NCBI GenBank assembly: GCA_964350745.1
Contig: CAYGKU010000001.1
Coordinates: 23,470-77,343 of the forward strand
Reading direction: 5' to 3'
DNA from: an uncultured Candidatus Saccharibacteria bacterium
Lineage (GTDB): Bacteria; Patescibacteriota; Minisyncoccia; Phycocordibacterales; UBA918
Length of the DNA stretch: 53,874 bases
In this document: positions 1-9,966 of the stretch, in pieces
Numbering within the stretch: the first letter of the stretch is position 1
Layout: each line of letters starts with the position of its first letter
Notes under the pieces: generated by a model
Databases searched by the model: none
What the model was told of the DNA's origin: nothing
The model's input: only the letters and a program-made list of their open reading frames with translations
Made by a program: the position numbers and the translations under genes

Positions 1-61
1 CTCCATTTCGAGGTTCGTGGTGGCAGTAATCCGTTTTAGACGTTGGTTTGGATGTTGGTGG

Positions 62-94
62 GAATAAAAGCCCGGCGCCGCAGGCGCCGGGCTT
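62..94 (-). terminator. Intrinsic terminator after the histidine kinase gene
   Basis: GC-rich hairpin AAGCCCGGCGC/GCGCCGGGCTT at 68-94. On the minus strand a T-run follows it, just past the stop of CDS 98..2080. Confidence 0.7.
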
Positions 95-97
95 CAG

Positions 98-2080
98 TTA
101 TATATTTTTATACAAAGGAAAACTGATAGTACAAACAGTTCCCACTCCTTCGGTACTTTCGAGCTTTATGTCCCCTTTCATCTTTTCAACCAGGGCCTTA
201 GCTATGGGTAGTCCCAAACCCGAACCCTTTTGGTTGAGGGTGTTGGGACAGCGGTAGAATCTATTGAAGATATTTTTTAAGTATTCTTCCTTTATTCCTA
301 TCCCGTTATCTTCAATTTTTATGATCGCGTGGTTGGTGTTTACTTCTAAACTGATCTTTATAAATTTATCTTCACGATCCGCCATGTATTTCATTGAATT
401 GCCAATTATACAGTGCATCAGCTCTTCGATTTTCTTTTTGTTTCCTTCAATGAAGATATCTTCTTGTATATTTTGCTTAAGATATATGTGATTTCGATCA
501 GCTATGATGATGGTGTATTCAAATATTTCGAGTAACAGTTCACTCAAATTTAGAGGGGTGATGGAAAAAGATTCTGCTCCCGACTCCAGTTGTGACAATT
601 CGAGAAAATCATATATAAAGACAGAAATATTATCAGTTACCTTCTCAACATTTTTTAAATGTGATTCAGGTATATTTTTCTGACGAAAAACCTCCAGCTC
701 TCCCTTCAGGACTGTTAAATAAGTTTGAAGGTTATGGGATACTTCGTGAGTTATGTATTGTTGGTGGGTGTAGGCGTTGATCAGATCTTTGGTTCTGCTC
801 TCCACTTTTTGTTCCAACATCCTTGAGTAATTCTTCAATTTTTCGTGCAGTCTGGCTCTACTGATGGAAGTGTTTAGCTGGTGTGCCAAAGTGTTTAGCA
901 ATTTTAGATCATATTTATTATAGATATCACCTGATATTTTTTCGCCAATCTTCATGAAGCCTATCTTTTTGTTATTTGCGGTTAGAGGTATGACTATTTC
1001 GTGATCTTGACCCTCTTCTTTTTCTTTTTTTCCGACGTTTATTTTTACATACTTGGCCCTAAGGGTGTTTTTCAATGTTTCTTCTACAAGATATATGATC
1101 TTTTTGAGTTCAATATTATTATCAAGTATATGACTGAATGTTTCCATGGCTACTGAATAATCATAAGTATCTTTAAAGAAAATGTCGTCTGTGGTTCTTC
1201 TAAAGAACTTTTCTAGGTACGGGGTTGAAAAGATGGCGATGATGGTGGTTACGATGGAGCTTATTAAATTCAGATGAGTTTTTGAGAAATCAAACAAGTT
1301 GCTGAGTGTTAGCAGGGTTGTCAAATAAAAGAATATTATCAGCAACAGCAGAACTGAGTACACCAAGCTTCTTTGTAGTACTATACGTAGATCTAAGAAA
1401 CGATATCGACTTATAATGAAATACATAGCATAGACCAATACCAGAGCAAAGGCTGGTCCGAGACCATTGAAGTAGTAGATAGAAAAAAACACCGGAAGAA
1501 TTAAGTTTGATAACAGTCCGATGACGAAAAAAAATAATATACTGTAAAAAAGATACTTGATTTGTTCTTGAACGATCAAGGGGTGAGATCTTTGTTTGTA
1601 TTTCTTCCACAAGATAATGATGGGAGATATTAAAAGGTACATTATTCCTATTGCGTACAATAAGGTCAGCGGCCCGTTGTCTATTATGATATAACTATCC
1701 TCCACTATGAAGAAAGATCTGAATAGCGCATCATCAATAAAGGAGATTATTAGTAAAAATATACCTAGTAGTAAGGGTAAGAAAACAGTTCTTCGTTTTG
1801 GTAGCTTGTCGTCTGGAAAGATCAGTACAAAGTAATATTTTGTTAATGCCAATAAAGTCGCGGTGGCAAAAGACCACTGTACGGCTTCTTGGCTATGTTG
1901 CTCTAGTATCATCAGTACACTAAGTGCCCATACTATGAGGCTTAACAAATGAAAGAAGAGAAGTTTGTGTAGTAGGTTGTGGCAGGTTTTGGCGATTATG
2001 AATGGTATCAATAACCCGGCGCATAAAATGGCAAGTGATAATGATGCTTTGATCAGTAATGGGAAACCCAGTTCAGTCAT
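98..2080 (-). CDS. Membrane-bound sensor histidine kinase
   Basis: 660-aa ORF. The N-terminal ~300 aa is strongly hydrophobic with multiple TM helices. H-box ITHEVSHNLQT. HATPase motifs GNSMKY (N box), EDNGIGI (G1), GSGLGL (G2). Confidence 0.9.
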   Translation of the reverse strand: MTELGFPLLIKASLSLAILCAGLLIPFIIAKTCHNLLHKLLFFHLLSLIVWALSVLMILEQHSQEAVQWSFATATLLALTKYYFVLIFPDDKLPKRRTVFLPLLLGIFLLIISFIDDALFRSFFIVEDSYIIIDNGPLTLLYAIGIMYLLISPIIILWKKYKQRSHPLIVQEQIKYLFYSILFFFVIGLLSNLILPVFFSIYYFNGLGPAFALVLVYAMYFIISRYRFLDLRIVLQRSLVYSVLLLLIIFFYLTTLLTLSNLFDFSKTHLNLISSIVTTIIAIFSTPYLEKFFRRTTDDIFFKDTYDYSVAMETFSHILDNNIELKKIIYLVEETLKNTLRAKYVKINVGKKEKEEGQDHEIVIPLTANNKKIGFMKIGEKISGDIYNKYDLKLLNTLAHQLNTSISRARLHEKLKNYSRMLEQKVESRTKDLINAYTHQQYITHEVSHNLQTYLTVLKGELEVFRQKNIPESHLKNVEKVTDNISVFIYDFLELSQLESGAESFSITPLNLSELLLEIFEYTIIIADRNHIYLKQNIQEDIFIEGNKKKIEELMHCIIGNSMKYMADREDKFIKISLEVNTNHAIIKIEDNGIGIKEEYLKNIFNRFYRCPNTLNQKGSGLGLPIAKALVEKMKGDIKLESTEGVGTVCTISFPLYKNI

Positions 2081-2102
2081 ACCGCTTTTGAATTATGGTC
2101 GA

Positions 2103-2132
2103 TAAAAAAAGCGGGACGATAAATCGCCCCGC
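2103..2132 (-). terminator. Intrinsic terminator after the 205-aa ORF
   Basis: Hairpin GCGGGACGA/TCGCCCCGC. On the minus strand a run of T follows it. Confidence 0.6.
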
Positions 2133-2151
2133 TAGATCACTAAAGTCTAAC

Positions 2152-2769
2152 TCAAACCCTTTTCCTTCGTGGTGTTTCGTGCGGTTTAAAATCATACGAG
2201 CAGACAATCTTGTTTTGGAATCGCTCAACCAGTTTGTTTAATATAGCAGAGGCCTTACCTGTATTCAACAAATAAGTAACAGGGTCGTGCGCATCGTGCC
2301 AATTGCGATAATTTTCTCTGGTTCTTTCATCAAGACAGTCTATGCTGGTCTTGCCTATCTTTTTTGTGTCAAAACCCAGTTTTTCTATAGTTCGACACGA
2401 TACGTCTATGCCGGCATATACTATATGGGTCATCCCCAAGTAGTGACCATACATAGCCGTAACGGCGATCAGGAAAGGTACGCACGTGGGACTTCTTCTT
2501 TCAACCACAAAAACACTCTGCTCTCCACAATTTACATCATCGGCAGATAAGTTTCTAAGCAGGGACAGGTCTTCCTTGAACAAGGGAGACCTGATCCTTT
2601 GGTTTAAGCCCATACATCCTTCTATCCCTTTTTTACTGGTAGCGTAAACAAAAATGTCAGGATAATTGCTTATTTTCAATTTTAAGTCTTCCAAATAACG
2701 TCTGCTTGAAAACTCACACAATTGCTGGTACATACTGGTGCCTCTAAAGGTGATGTTGACTAACTTCAT
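2152..2769 (-). CDS. Hypothetical protein, possibly GNAT-like fold (weak guess)
   Basis: 205-aa ORF preceded by AGGAGG 6 nt upstream of the ATG. It lies 9 nt downstream of the methyltransferase gene on the same strand. No catalytic motif recognised with certainty. Confidence 0.55.
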   Translation of the reverse strand: MKLVNITFRGTSMYQQLCEFSSRRYLEDLKLKISNYPDIFVYATSKKGIEGCMGLNQRIRSPLFKEDLSLLRNLSADDVNCGEQSVFVVERRSPTCVPFLIAVTAMYGHYLGMTHIVYAGIDVSCRTIEKLGFDTKKIGKTSIDCLDERTRENYRNWHDAHDPVTYLLNTGKASAILNKLVERFQNKIVCSYDFKPHETPRRKRV

Positions 2770-2778
2770 TTTCGCCTC

Positions 2779-3531
2779 CTATTTTTTTGTGGCAATAATT
2801 AAGATCGCTTGATCAGCATAGGTTCTTTCCTTCTGGATCATGTTAAATCCTGATTCAATCACCAGCTTCTCAAGATCATCTTCGGTGAAGAAATTAAAAA
2901 TTGTATCAGCTGCGATCTCACGATTGTATTTAGCTACTGATAACATTTTCTTAATGACCTCTTCTCCCGCTTCAGACAAAGCCTTTCTTATGAGTGTTTC
3001 CTCCCTTTGTGTTGAAGAGTGCGGATCGACCCAAAGCTCATCAGGACCTTTATCATCACAGTGTGCTTTTAAGATCATTCCATTGTCATAACCTTGCTTG
3101 GGAGTCACTAGTATCAGTTCACCGGCTGGTTTTAGGCAACGATTGATCTCATTTAGAAAAAGGCTTGGATCAGCCATGGTATAAAGTACATTGCAACTTA
3201 CCACTACGTCACAAGTTTCGTTACGTAAGGGAAATTGTTTGCTAAGATCGGTTTGCACTAATTGGACCCTTTCGTCTTGGAATTTTGTCAGTGCCAATTC
3301 CAACATGCTGGGTGAATTATCCAAGCCGATCACTTTTTTGTGTCCTTTATCAAGTAAATGTTTAATGATATTACCGGTACCACAGCCTGCGTCAAGAACT
3401 AATCTGTTATCACCTGAAACTAGACCAGAAATGCTTTCGCACAGCTCCTTGTATGGTCTTAGTGATAAAAGGGAGTCATAACTTTTAGCATAGTTGTTCC
3501 ATGAATCAATAGAAAAAGTCTTGGTAGACAT
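2779..3531 (-). CDS. Class I SAM-dependent methyltransferase
   Basis: 250-aa ORF with motif I VLDAGCGTGN and an acidic loop (GLDNS). GGAGG RBS upstream. Confidence 0.85.
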   Translation of the reverse strand: MSTKTFSIDSWNNYAKSYDSLLSLRPYKELCESISGLVSGDNRLVLDAGCGTGNIIKHLLDKGHKKVIGLDNSPSMLELALTKFQDERVQLVQTDLSKQFPLRNETCDVVVSCNVLYTMADPSLFLNEINRCLKPAGELILVTPKQGYDNGMILKAHCDDKGPDELWVDPHSSTQREETLIRKALSEAGEEVIKKMLSVAKYNREIAADTIFNFFTEDDLEKLVIESGFNMIQKERTYADQAILIIATKK

Positions 3532-3664
3532 TTCTTTCCTCCGTTTTGGTTGGTCAAAGATCAGATGCTGTTATTCCAGCGTCTGTATATAATTATGGTT
3601 ATGGCACATGATAATTTATTGAGCTATAAATGAAATTTTACTCAAGAAAAGTTAAGATGTGTGA

Positions 3665-4330
3665 TCAATCAAAACGATAGCCACGGCCGGAGATAGTTTT
3701 GATCAGACTGCTTTTTTTGTCAACTCCTATTTTCTTTCTAAGACTTAGAATATGGGATTCGATCGTATTTGAGAAAGGGTCAGCATTCATGTCCCATACG
3801 TGCTCTAGGATCATTCCTCTGGATAGAACGAAACCGCGATTTTCCATCAAGTACTGAAGTAACATGAATTCTTTTCTGGTCAAAAGTATCTCGACATCAT
3901 CTTTGTGTACGGTGTGTTTCGTTGTGTCCAAAACCAGATCATGAGCTGATATAACCTCCCCGTTCATGTGTGGTTTTCTTCTGAGCAGAGCCCTTACTCT
4001 AGCGTTAAGTTCGGCAAGCGAGAATGGTTTTATCAGATAGTCATCAGCACCGGCGTTCAGAGCGCTAACTTTTATATCAGTTTCTGATTTTACGGAAAGG
4101 AACAAGATCGGTTCGGTGATATTGTTCTTTCTTATTTCTCTACATAGTTCCAGACCGTTCATCTTTGGCATGCAGTTATCAAAAATGAACAGATCGTATT
4201 GATTTATTTTTGCTTGATACAAACCGTCTTCACCGTCAGGAGCGGTATCAACAGCGAAGCATTCGGCTTCAAGATTTTTTTTAAGAAAATTTCTGATTTC
4301 TTTTTCATCCTCGACTATCAAAATTTTCAT
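3665..4330 (-). CDS. OmpR/PhoB-family response regulator
   Basis: 221 aa. Receiver domain (MKILIVEDE, phospho-acceptor context FIFDNCMPKMNG, conserved K in LIKPF). Winged-helix C-terminus ending GRGYRF. Confidence 0.92.
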   Translation of the reverse strand: MKILIVEDEKEIRNFLKKNLEAECFAVDTAPDGEDGLYQAKINQYDLFIFDNCMPKMNGLELCREIRKNNITEPILFLSVKSETDIKVSALNAGADDYLIKPFSLAELNARVRALLRRKPHMNGEVISAHDLVLDTTKHTVHKDDVEILLTRKEFMLLQYLMENRGFVLSRGMILEHVWDMNADPFSNTIESHILSLRKKIGVDKKSSLIKTISGRGYRFD

Positions 4331-4415
4331 TTTATTTTTATTTCATATTAATTTTAACACTAGTTGAATGATTTTTAGTCACTATATGGATATTTGTTGT
4401 TAATTTAAAATAACC

Positions 4416-4988
4416 ATGGAATTTTCACATAAAATATTCTATACGCTCATAACAGCGTTCTTGTTGGCAGTAATTGTTATTTTTACCTTTTCGGTAAAGG
4501 AAGGAAAAAGTTCCATCTTCTCAAAGAATGAAAGCTCGGCCTTTCTGTCTTTGCATTTGCGGGAGGACGGTCTTTTTGGTGTTGGAAGTACGACTGTTCT
4601 TTCACTTGTTCAGACAGACCGTGATCATTTTGTAATAAAAGTTGCTAGAAACGTAGATAGTTTAAACGCCGCCGAGATCGAGGTATTTTTTGACCCGGAT
4701 CATTTTTTGGTTGAAGACTTAGTGATCGATGAGTCTTTGTGTGAGAAACGTTTTTTAATTAAAAGAGTAATTGATAACGATGAAGGAAGGTTGTTTTATC
4801 AGTGTGGTACTGTGAACCCTCAATCCTTTTCTGATATTACCTTGTCCAAGATCAAAGTAATTCCAAAGAATAATGGAACTTCAACCATCAGATTTGGATC
4901 AAATAGTAACTTGTATGTTCATGATGGCTTGGGTACCAAAGTGGACTTGAGTTATGGTGAATACGTGGTGAATAATCTGTTCTATTAA
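4416..4988 (+). CDS. Membrane-anchored hypothetical protein, cohesin-like beta-rich domain (weak)
   Basis: 190 aa. N-terminal TM helix (IFYTLITAFLLAVIVIFTF) followed by a beta-rich domain whose pattern (EIEVFFDPDHFLVEDL) resembles the cohesin-like region of the 43548..44309 protein. Confidence 0.5.
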   Translation: MEFSHKIFYTLITAFLLAVIVIFTFSVKEGKSSIFSKNESSAFLSLHLREDGLFGVGSTTVLSLVQTDRDHFVIKVARNVDSLNAAEIEVFFDPDHFLVEDLVIDESLCEKRFLIKRVIDNDEGRLFYQCGTVNPQSFSDITLSKIKVIPKNNGTSTIRFGSNSNLYVHDGLGTKVDLSYGEYVVNNLFY

Positions 4989-5109
4989 AGTTAGTGGTTG
5001 GTGATGGGGTGTGTTAAAGGAGTATGAGAAATGTAGTCAGCCCTGCGCCTTCGGCACAGGTCTTTGATTTTATATGTCGTTATTTCTCTGTTTCTGTGGT
5101 GAGGTTTTT

Positions 5110-6624
5110 CTACACCTGCACTCGATACTGCAAAGCTTCCAGTACATGTTTGCTTTCGATCTCTACTGCCTCATCCAAGTCGGCGATGGTGCGGGCTACC
5201 TTAATGAGGCGATGATAGCTGCGGGGTGAAAGGTTTAGTTTTTGGCTTGAGAGTTTGAGGAGGTCTGAGACTTCCTGGCTCAGCTTAATGCAATGGTCGA
5301 TGTCTCGGCTGGTCATCTCGGCGTTGGTGCACACTCCCCTGTTTTGTAAACGTTGCTGTTGCTTGTTTCTGGCCTTAGCGATATTTTTTCTGGCTTGGTC
5401 GGTCTCACCTTCAGTGCGTTTGAGGTTGGTCAGGGTGTCATAGTCGACGTGCGGTACTTCGATCCAAAGGTCGATGCGATCGAGGATCGGCCCAGAGACC
5501 TTACCTTTGTAAGTTTCCACCATGGCACGTGCTAGGTCAGTGGTACCATCCTCGCTACCGCGGTAGGGGTTCATAGCTGCCACCAAAATAAAATCTGCCG
5601 GAAACAAAGCGGTCCCTTGAATGCGCGAGATACTCACTACCCTATCCTCAAGTGGTTGTCGAAGCGCATCTAAGCTTCGTCTTTCAAATTCCGGAAACTC
5701 ATCCATAAAGAGTACGCCTTTATGAGCTAAGGTAACTTCGCCTGGTTTGGGGTTGGTGCCACCACCGACCAAGGCGGTGTGTGAAGCGGTGTGGTGTGGT
5801 GTGCGGAAAGGTGGGGTGGTGGTGATGGTAAGGTCGCTATCACTTAGGGAATGAATGGCGGTAACGGCTAAGGTGTCTTCGCGACTTAGGGGTGGCAAAA
5901 GTCCTTGGAAGGCGCGGGCCAACATGGTCTTGCTGGTGCCGGGTGGACCAACCAAGATGATATTGTGTCGACCGGCCGCCGCGATGGTGAGAGCGCGCTT
6001 GGCACTCTCTTGGCCTTTGATGTCTTCGAGTACCACCTTCCCTTCAGTCCAGTTGTCGTTGTCGATGTTGGTTACAGGGTGAGGTTCTATGGAGCGGTGA
6101 CTTGGTCTGGCTGGGTCAATATGATCGACCACCTCGGTCAGGTTTCGGGCCGGAAAGATCTCGATGTCGTCTATCAGTGAGGCTTCCTTGGCGTTGTGGT
6201 GCGGGACGATGATCTTTTTGTACCCGTTCTTCTTGGCGGTCATTACTGCGTTTAGAACTCCTCTAACCGGACGCAGTCCACCATCAAGACCGAGCTCACC
6301 TACGTACAAAGTGTCAGGGTCACTTGTGATCTCGCCGGCAGAGACCAGGTAAGCGATCGCGATCGGCAGATCAAACAGGGGGCCTTCTTTTTTGAGATCA
6401 GCCGGTGAAAGAGAAATGGTGATCTTCTGGTTCTTGCTTTTAGGAGATTCGAAACCGGAATGTTTGATGGCGCTACTGACACGATCTTTTGATTCTTCGA
6501 TCGCTTTGCCGGCTAGGCCAACTATAGAAAAAGAATGCAGACCTCGAGAGAGGTCTGCTTCAATGCTGACAATGGTGCCCGATAGAACATGAGGTTGAAC
6601 TGTGTGTACTAAAGCAAGACTCAT
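5110..6624 (-). CDS. comM: YifB/ComM-family Mg-chelatase-like AAA+ ATPase
   Basis: 504 aa. Lon-protease-like N-terminal domain, Walker A GPPGTSKT, Walker B VLFMDEFPEF, C-terminal Mg-chelatase subunit ChlI-like helix bundle. Confidence 0.9.
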   Translation of the reverse strand: MSLALVHTVQPHVLSGTIVSIEADLSRGLHSFSIVGLAGKAIEESKDRVSSAIKHSGFESPKSKNQKITISLSPADLKKEGPLFDLPIAIAYLVSAGEITSDPDTLYVGELGLDGGLRPVRGVLNAVMTAKKNGYKKIIVPHHNAKEASLIDDIEIFPARNLTEVVDHIDPARPSHRSIEPHPVTNIDNDNWTEGKVVLEDIKGQESAKRALTIAAAGRHNIILVGPPGTSKTMLARAFQGLLPPLSREDTLAVTAIHSLSDSDLTITTTPPFRTPHHTASHTALVGGGTNPKPGEVTLAHKGVLFMDEFPEFERRSLDALRQPLEDRVVSISRIQGTALFPADFILVAAMNPYRGSEDGTTDLARAMVETYKGKVSGPILDRIDLWIEVPHVDYDTLTNLKRTEGETDQARKNIAKARNKQQQRLQNRGVCTNAEMTSRDIDHCIKLSQEVSDLLKLSSQKLNLSPRSYHRLIKVARTIADLDEAVEIESKHVLEALQYRVQV

Positions 6625-6634
6625 GTTGTGTTTG

Positions 6635-7009
6635 TTAAAGAGGAAGTTTATCTTCTTCGTCCATGTGAGCGACGCAAGTTCGGGCGTCCGGCTTGATCTT
6701 CAGGCGACCTTCTTCGATAGGGGCTTGGCTGATCTCGCAAATACCGTAAGTACCATTTTCGATCTTAGCCAAAGCTCTTTTGACGGATCGGTACTCGATC
6801 TCAAGTGTGGTCAGGGTAGATTGTCTTTCGTCGGAATCTTCCATTTCGTCAGCCTCACTGTTTTGGTCAGCTTCTGCGACATTCTCTTGATCTGGTACCG
6901 CTTGCCAGTCATCAGTGATGGGGTTGTGCACTCCTAGATCAGAAAGTTCTTCGGTTACCCTCTTTAATTTATCTTCTAGTTTCTCTTTGTATATTTTTGT
7001 GTCTATCAT
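6635..7009 (-). CDS. DksA/TraR-family protein with a non-canonical zinc finger
   Basis: 124 aa. Acidic coiled-coil N-terminus. C-terminal GTYGICEISQAPIEEGRLKIKPDARTCVAH aligns with the C4 finger of DksA, but only positions 1 and 3 are Cys (C-x2-S ... C-x2-H). Confidence 0.65.
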   Translation of the reverse strand: MIDTKIYKEKLEDKLKRVTEELSDLGVHNPITDDWQAVPDQENVAEADQNSEADEMEDSDERQSTLTTLEIEYRSVKRALAKIENGTYGICEISQAPIEEGRLKIKPDARTCVAHMDEEDKLPL

Positions 7010-7019
7010 GAAAGATTTT

Positions 7020-9842
7020 TTATTTTAATAATTTGGAAAAGGTTAGACTGTTGGTGGTGATAATGATCGTGTTGGGGTTGATGTGTCCATAGATTATTCG
7101 TTCGTTACCGTCAACGTCTTCCAGTAGCCTTACATCCACTCCACCCAGCATTGCGTCAACAAACTTCAGTTCCACTTCAGATAAGGTTACACCTTCAGGT
7201 ACGTTTGACGCAAGAACGGGCTCCAATTCATTATACATATTTTCTTCCCATACAAACATTCCTCCACGAGCAACGGCGCTGTCTTCTACTCTAAGAGCAA
7301 TGTACGGTTCTATGTCGTTACCGCTTTGAATGTAGCCAAAATAGATATGAGTGATAGCTGCCATGAAGTTGGTTTCCAGCTCGGCTCCGAGAGCTGATAG
7401 TATCACGCTTGGTCGCACTAAGGTCTTGTTGTCCGCGGTGGCACCAAACGCCAGTTGTGTGATCGCCACCGAACGGTCATCTCGTAGATCTTTTATAGTT
7501 GAGACAATGGTTTCACTTTTTGGATTTGGTAGGTGGACTATTTTAAGGGGCGCTTCTATCAAGAACGGTTGTTCGGTGATCGGTTCGGTTCTGATAGGTG
7601 TGATATCTTCGTTACCTGACAGTTTAATGTAGAATGAAACTAAGAGAGATATGATGATGATAAAGAAGAAGACGCCAAAAACCAGTACATTTATATTTAC
7701 CGAATATAGAAGTGAACGCAGGGTAGGTTTTTTCTTCTGCTCAATATTGCTTAAGGGGAGGTTGTTGTTTTTCGAACCTGTTTCGGGGGTGGTGGTTTGT
7801 GGTGTTGGCACTAGTTGTTCGCCTTCCGGTGAGATCGTACCAAGCGGATCATTTTCCTCTGGTGTTGGTGGTGAATATAGGTTTGCCGGCTCCTCTGGTG
7901 TGGCGGTAACTTGTGATGGGACGAGTCCGGCTGTCTCGGGAGCAACTGTAGGTGGTTGTGTTGGTTCGGTTACCGGTGAAGGTTTGTCGCTTGACCAAGC
8001 TGATGGGTTTTCAGTTGCCGGTAAAGAAGCGGGTGTTTCATCTTGAATTGGAGTAATGACGCTCGGCTGATTGGGGGTTCTGTTAACGGGAGCGGTGGCC
8101 CACACGCTGTCAGGAACGGTTACTTCTTTGTTCAATATTTCATCTTGACTCAAGGCAGTCTGGGTTTCGGGATGAGGTGAGATGTCGGTATTGTTTGCAT
8201 CGGGTGTCTGTTGAATCGTTTTGGTTGGTGAGGTTTCAGTCGCTAACTCTCTTGCTTCCGGTTCTACTTGCGGATGCATTTCTTCGGTTGACCACGCTGG
8301 TTGATCCGTCTCTCCGGCACTCTCTTCTATCGAAGAGAGTGCCGGATCGTTACTTGCGGTGAAGGTTTCGTTTGAAGGTGAGATCTGACTTGGTGGTTTT
8401 TCAGATTGAACCGGATATACTTCCGGTGTCAAAGCTGCGGTAGGTGTGTTTGGGTCCACTGTATGTGACACGGCCGGCGTGGTCTCGGCTGATCTTGCTG
8501 ACACATCGGAAACCGCTTTCTCATCACCTGGTGTTGTGGTTGGTGGGGTGGTTTGAGGTTGGGCGGATGTGATGTCTGTAGTTGTTGCTGATGCTGGACT
8601 TACTTCCGGTGTTTCTTTTGTTTTTATTTCCGACTGAACAGTATCGTCTGTTTTCTTCCTGTCTACCGATGCGGTGGCTTCATTTGGTGTGGCTGTAGTT
8701 TCGCTTTTCCAAGTAGGTCTGACTTTATCTGGATCGATCGAGACGTGCTCGGTTGAAGTAGCATCATCCTTGATCTCTAACACCGGTTCGACACCTTCAT
8801 TTTTCTGTAGGTCCTTTTCAATAGATGTTTCCCATCCTATTTTGTTAGTAGTGTTTTTTGTTGGACGTTCAGTTCTCCTCAGGTCGGTCACCACTATTTC
8901 TTGATTTTCAGTCAAATAACCTTTTTGGGAATGTTTTCTAATATTGTTCGTTTCTCCTTCATCAAGTAAAGGAAATGTTGATTCGATATGAGATGACCAA
9001 GTAGTGGTTGGTGTATGTTCTGGCGTTTCTTTCGTTGTCCTTTTTTTGATCACTTGTACATTGCCAATATTTCTTTTTATGTCATTGCTGGCAACTCTTT
9101 CTTTTGTTTCCTGATCTCTTTCCTTGATCCGCTTATAGATCAAGGAGTGGTCCGACGCCACAAAGGTGCCGGTCTTAGAGGTGGCTTTTTGTATCACCCC
9201 TTTTCGTCTGGTGGTTTCAGGGACGGTGTATTTGGGTGTTTTCTTGGTAAGGAAATTTTTCTTGTTATCTTCAAACCATTTTTTTAAGGAGTCGCCGATA
9301 GCGGGAAACAATCTGAAACGGTCTTTTTTGGTATCGGTAATGATGGTGGCCGGTCCGGCAAAAAGATTACCTTTGGTCGTTCGTTTGGCTTTAGCTTTTT
9401 TGCTGTCACTCTTCTCAAACAGTGAAACTTGAGTTTCTACCGATTTTTTCATTTCATTCTTGGAAACAGAGCTGGTGTCTGAGTCTGTGTTTTTTGGCGT
9501 CTCTTTTTTAGGAAGCGACTCTATGATTCTGGGTTCAGTTTTCACCACCTCTTTTTTTATGACGGGTGGTGCATCGATCTTGTGGGTGACCTTTGGAGGT
9601 GTGGGTATGCTTTTTTTGACCGGTGGTTTTGGGATTTCGATCTTGCTGGTATTTGGTTCAATTTTTTTATATGAAGGCACCTTTTTGACTGGTGGTTTAG
9701 GTATACTGACCTCCTCCTTGTTTGTTTCTGGGATAGATGAAAATACCTCACTTGTGATCCTTGAGGAGTTGTTGCCTCTTTTTACTTTTTTCTGATCTTT
9801 GACAAAGGTTCTTATGCTGGGTAGTTTCTTTGGCTCATCCAT
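7020..9842 (-). CDS. Giant P/T/S/E-rich low-complexity membrane protein
   Basis: 940-aa uninterrupted ORF. About 700 aa of low-complexity K/P/T/E-rich sequence, one TM helix (VLVFGVFFFIIIISLLVSFYI), and a ~200-aa globular C-terminal domain. Confidence 0.75.
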   Translation of the reverse strand: MDEPKKLPSIRTFVKDQKKVKRGNNSSRITSEVFSSIPETNKEEVSIPKPPVKKVPSYKKIEPNTSKIEIPKPPVKKSIPTPPKVTHKIDAPPVIKKEVVKTEPRIIESLPKKETPKNTDSDTSSVSKNEMKKSVETQVSLFEKSDSKKAKAKRTTKGNLFAGPATIITDTKKDRFRLFPAIGDSLKKWFEDNKKNFLTKKTPKYTVPETTRRKGVIQKATSKTGTFVASDHSLIYKRIKERDQETKERVASNDIKRNIGNVQVIKKRTTKETPEHTPTTTWSSHIESTFPLLDEGETNNIRKHSQKGYLTENQEIVVTDLRRTERPTKNTTNKIGWETSIEKDLQKNEGVEPVLEIKDDATSTEHVSIDPDKVRPTWKSETTATPNEATASVDRKKTDDTVQSEIKTKETPEVSPASATTTDITSAQPQTTPPTTTPGDEKAVSDVSARSAETTPAVSHTVDPNTPTAALTPEVYPVQSEKPPSQISPSNETFTASNDPALSSIEESAGETDQPAWSTEEMHPQVEPEARELATETSPTKTIQQTPDANNTDISPHPETQTALSQDEILNKEVTVPDSVWATAPVNRTPNQPSVITPIQDETPASLPATENPSAWSSDKPSPVTEPTQPPTVAPETAGLVPSQVTATPEEPANLYSPPTPEENDPLGTISPEGEQLVPTPQTTTPETGSKNNNLPLSNIEQKKKPTLRSLLYSVNINVLVFGVFFFIIIISLLVSFYIKLSGNEDITPIRTEPITEQPFLIEAPLKIVHLPNPKSETIVSTIKDLRDDRSVAITQLAFGATADNKTLVRPSVILSALGAELETNFMAAITHIYFGYIQSGNDIEPYIALRVEDSAVARGGMFVWEENMYNELEPVLASNVPEGVTLSEVELKFVDAMLGGVDVRLLEDVDGNERIIYGHINPNTIIITTNSLTFSKLLK

Positions 9843-9908
9843 TGGTACTAGTATCTCATGAATTGATGGGTTTGTGGGCTTTGGCCTGTGGCTTTTCTTG
9901 GTTTATGG

Positions 9909-9956
9909 ATATACACAAAGCCCCCAAAGCGTAAGCTTTGGGGGCTTTGTGTATAT
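9909..9956 (-). terminator. Long perfect hairpin downstream of pnp
   Basis: 22-bp perfect arms ATATACACAAAGCCCCCAAAGC/GCTTTGGGGGCTTTGTGTATAT with a GTAA loop, 11 nt after the pnp stop. Confidence 0.7.
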
Positions 9957-9966
9957 TTATTTAACT

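Noticed and set aside
264-1610. Track ORFs antisense to or nested in the histidine kinase gene (48..257, 264..491, 1290..1610)
   Set aside because: They lie entirely inside or opposite a long CDS with clear kinase motifs. They have no RBS and a low-complexity composition, so they are treated as spurious.
7351-9795. Multiple 60-130-aa ORFs on the plus strand opposite the 940-aa gene
   Set aside because: They are by-products of the strong compositional bias of the P/T-rich gene. They have no start context or recognisable motifs.
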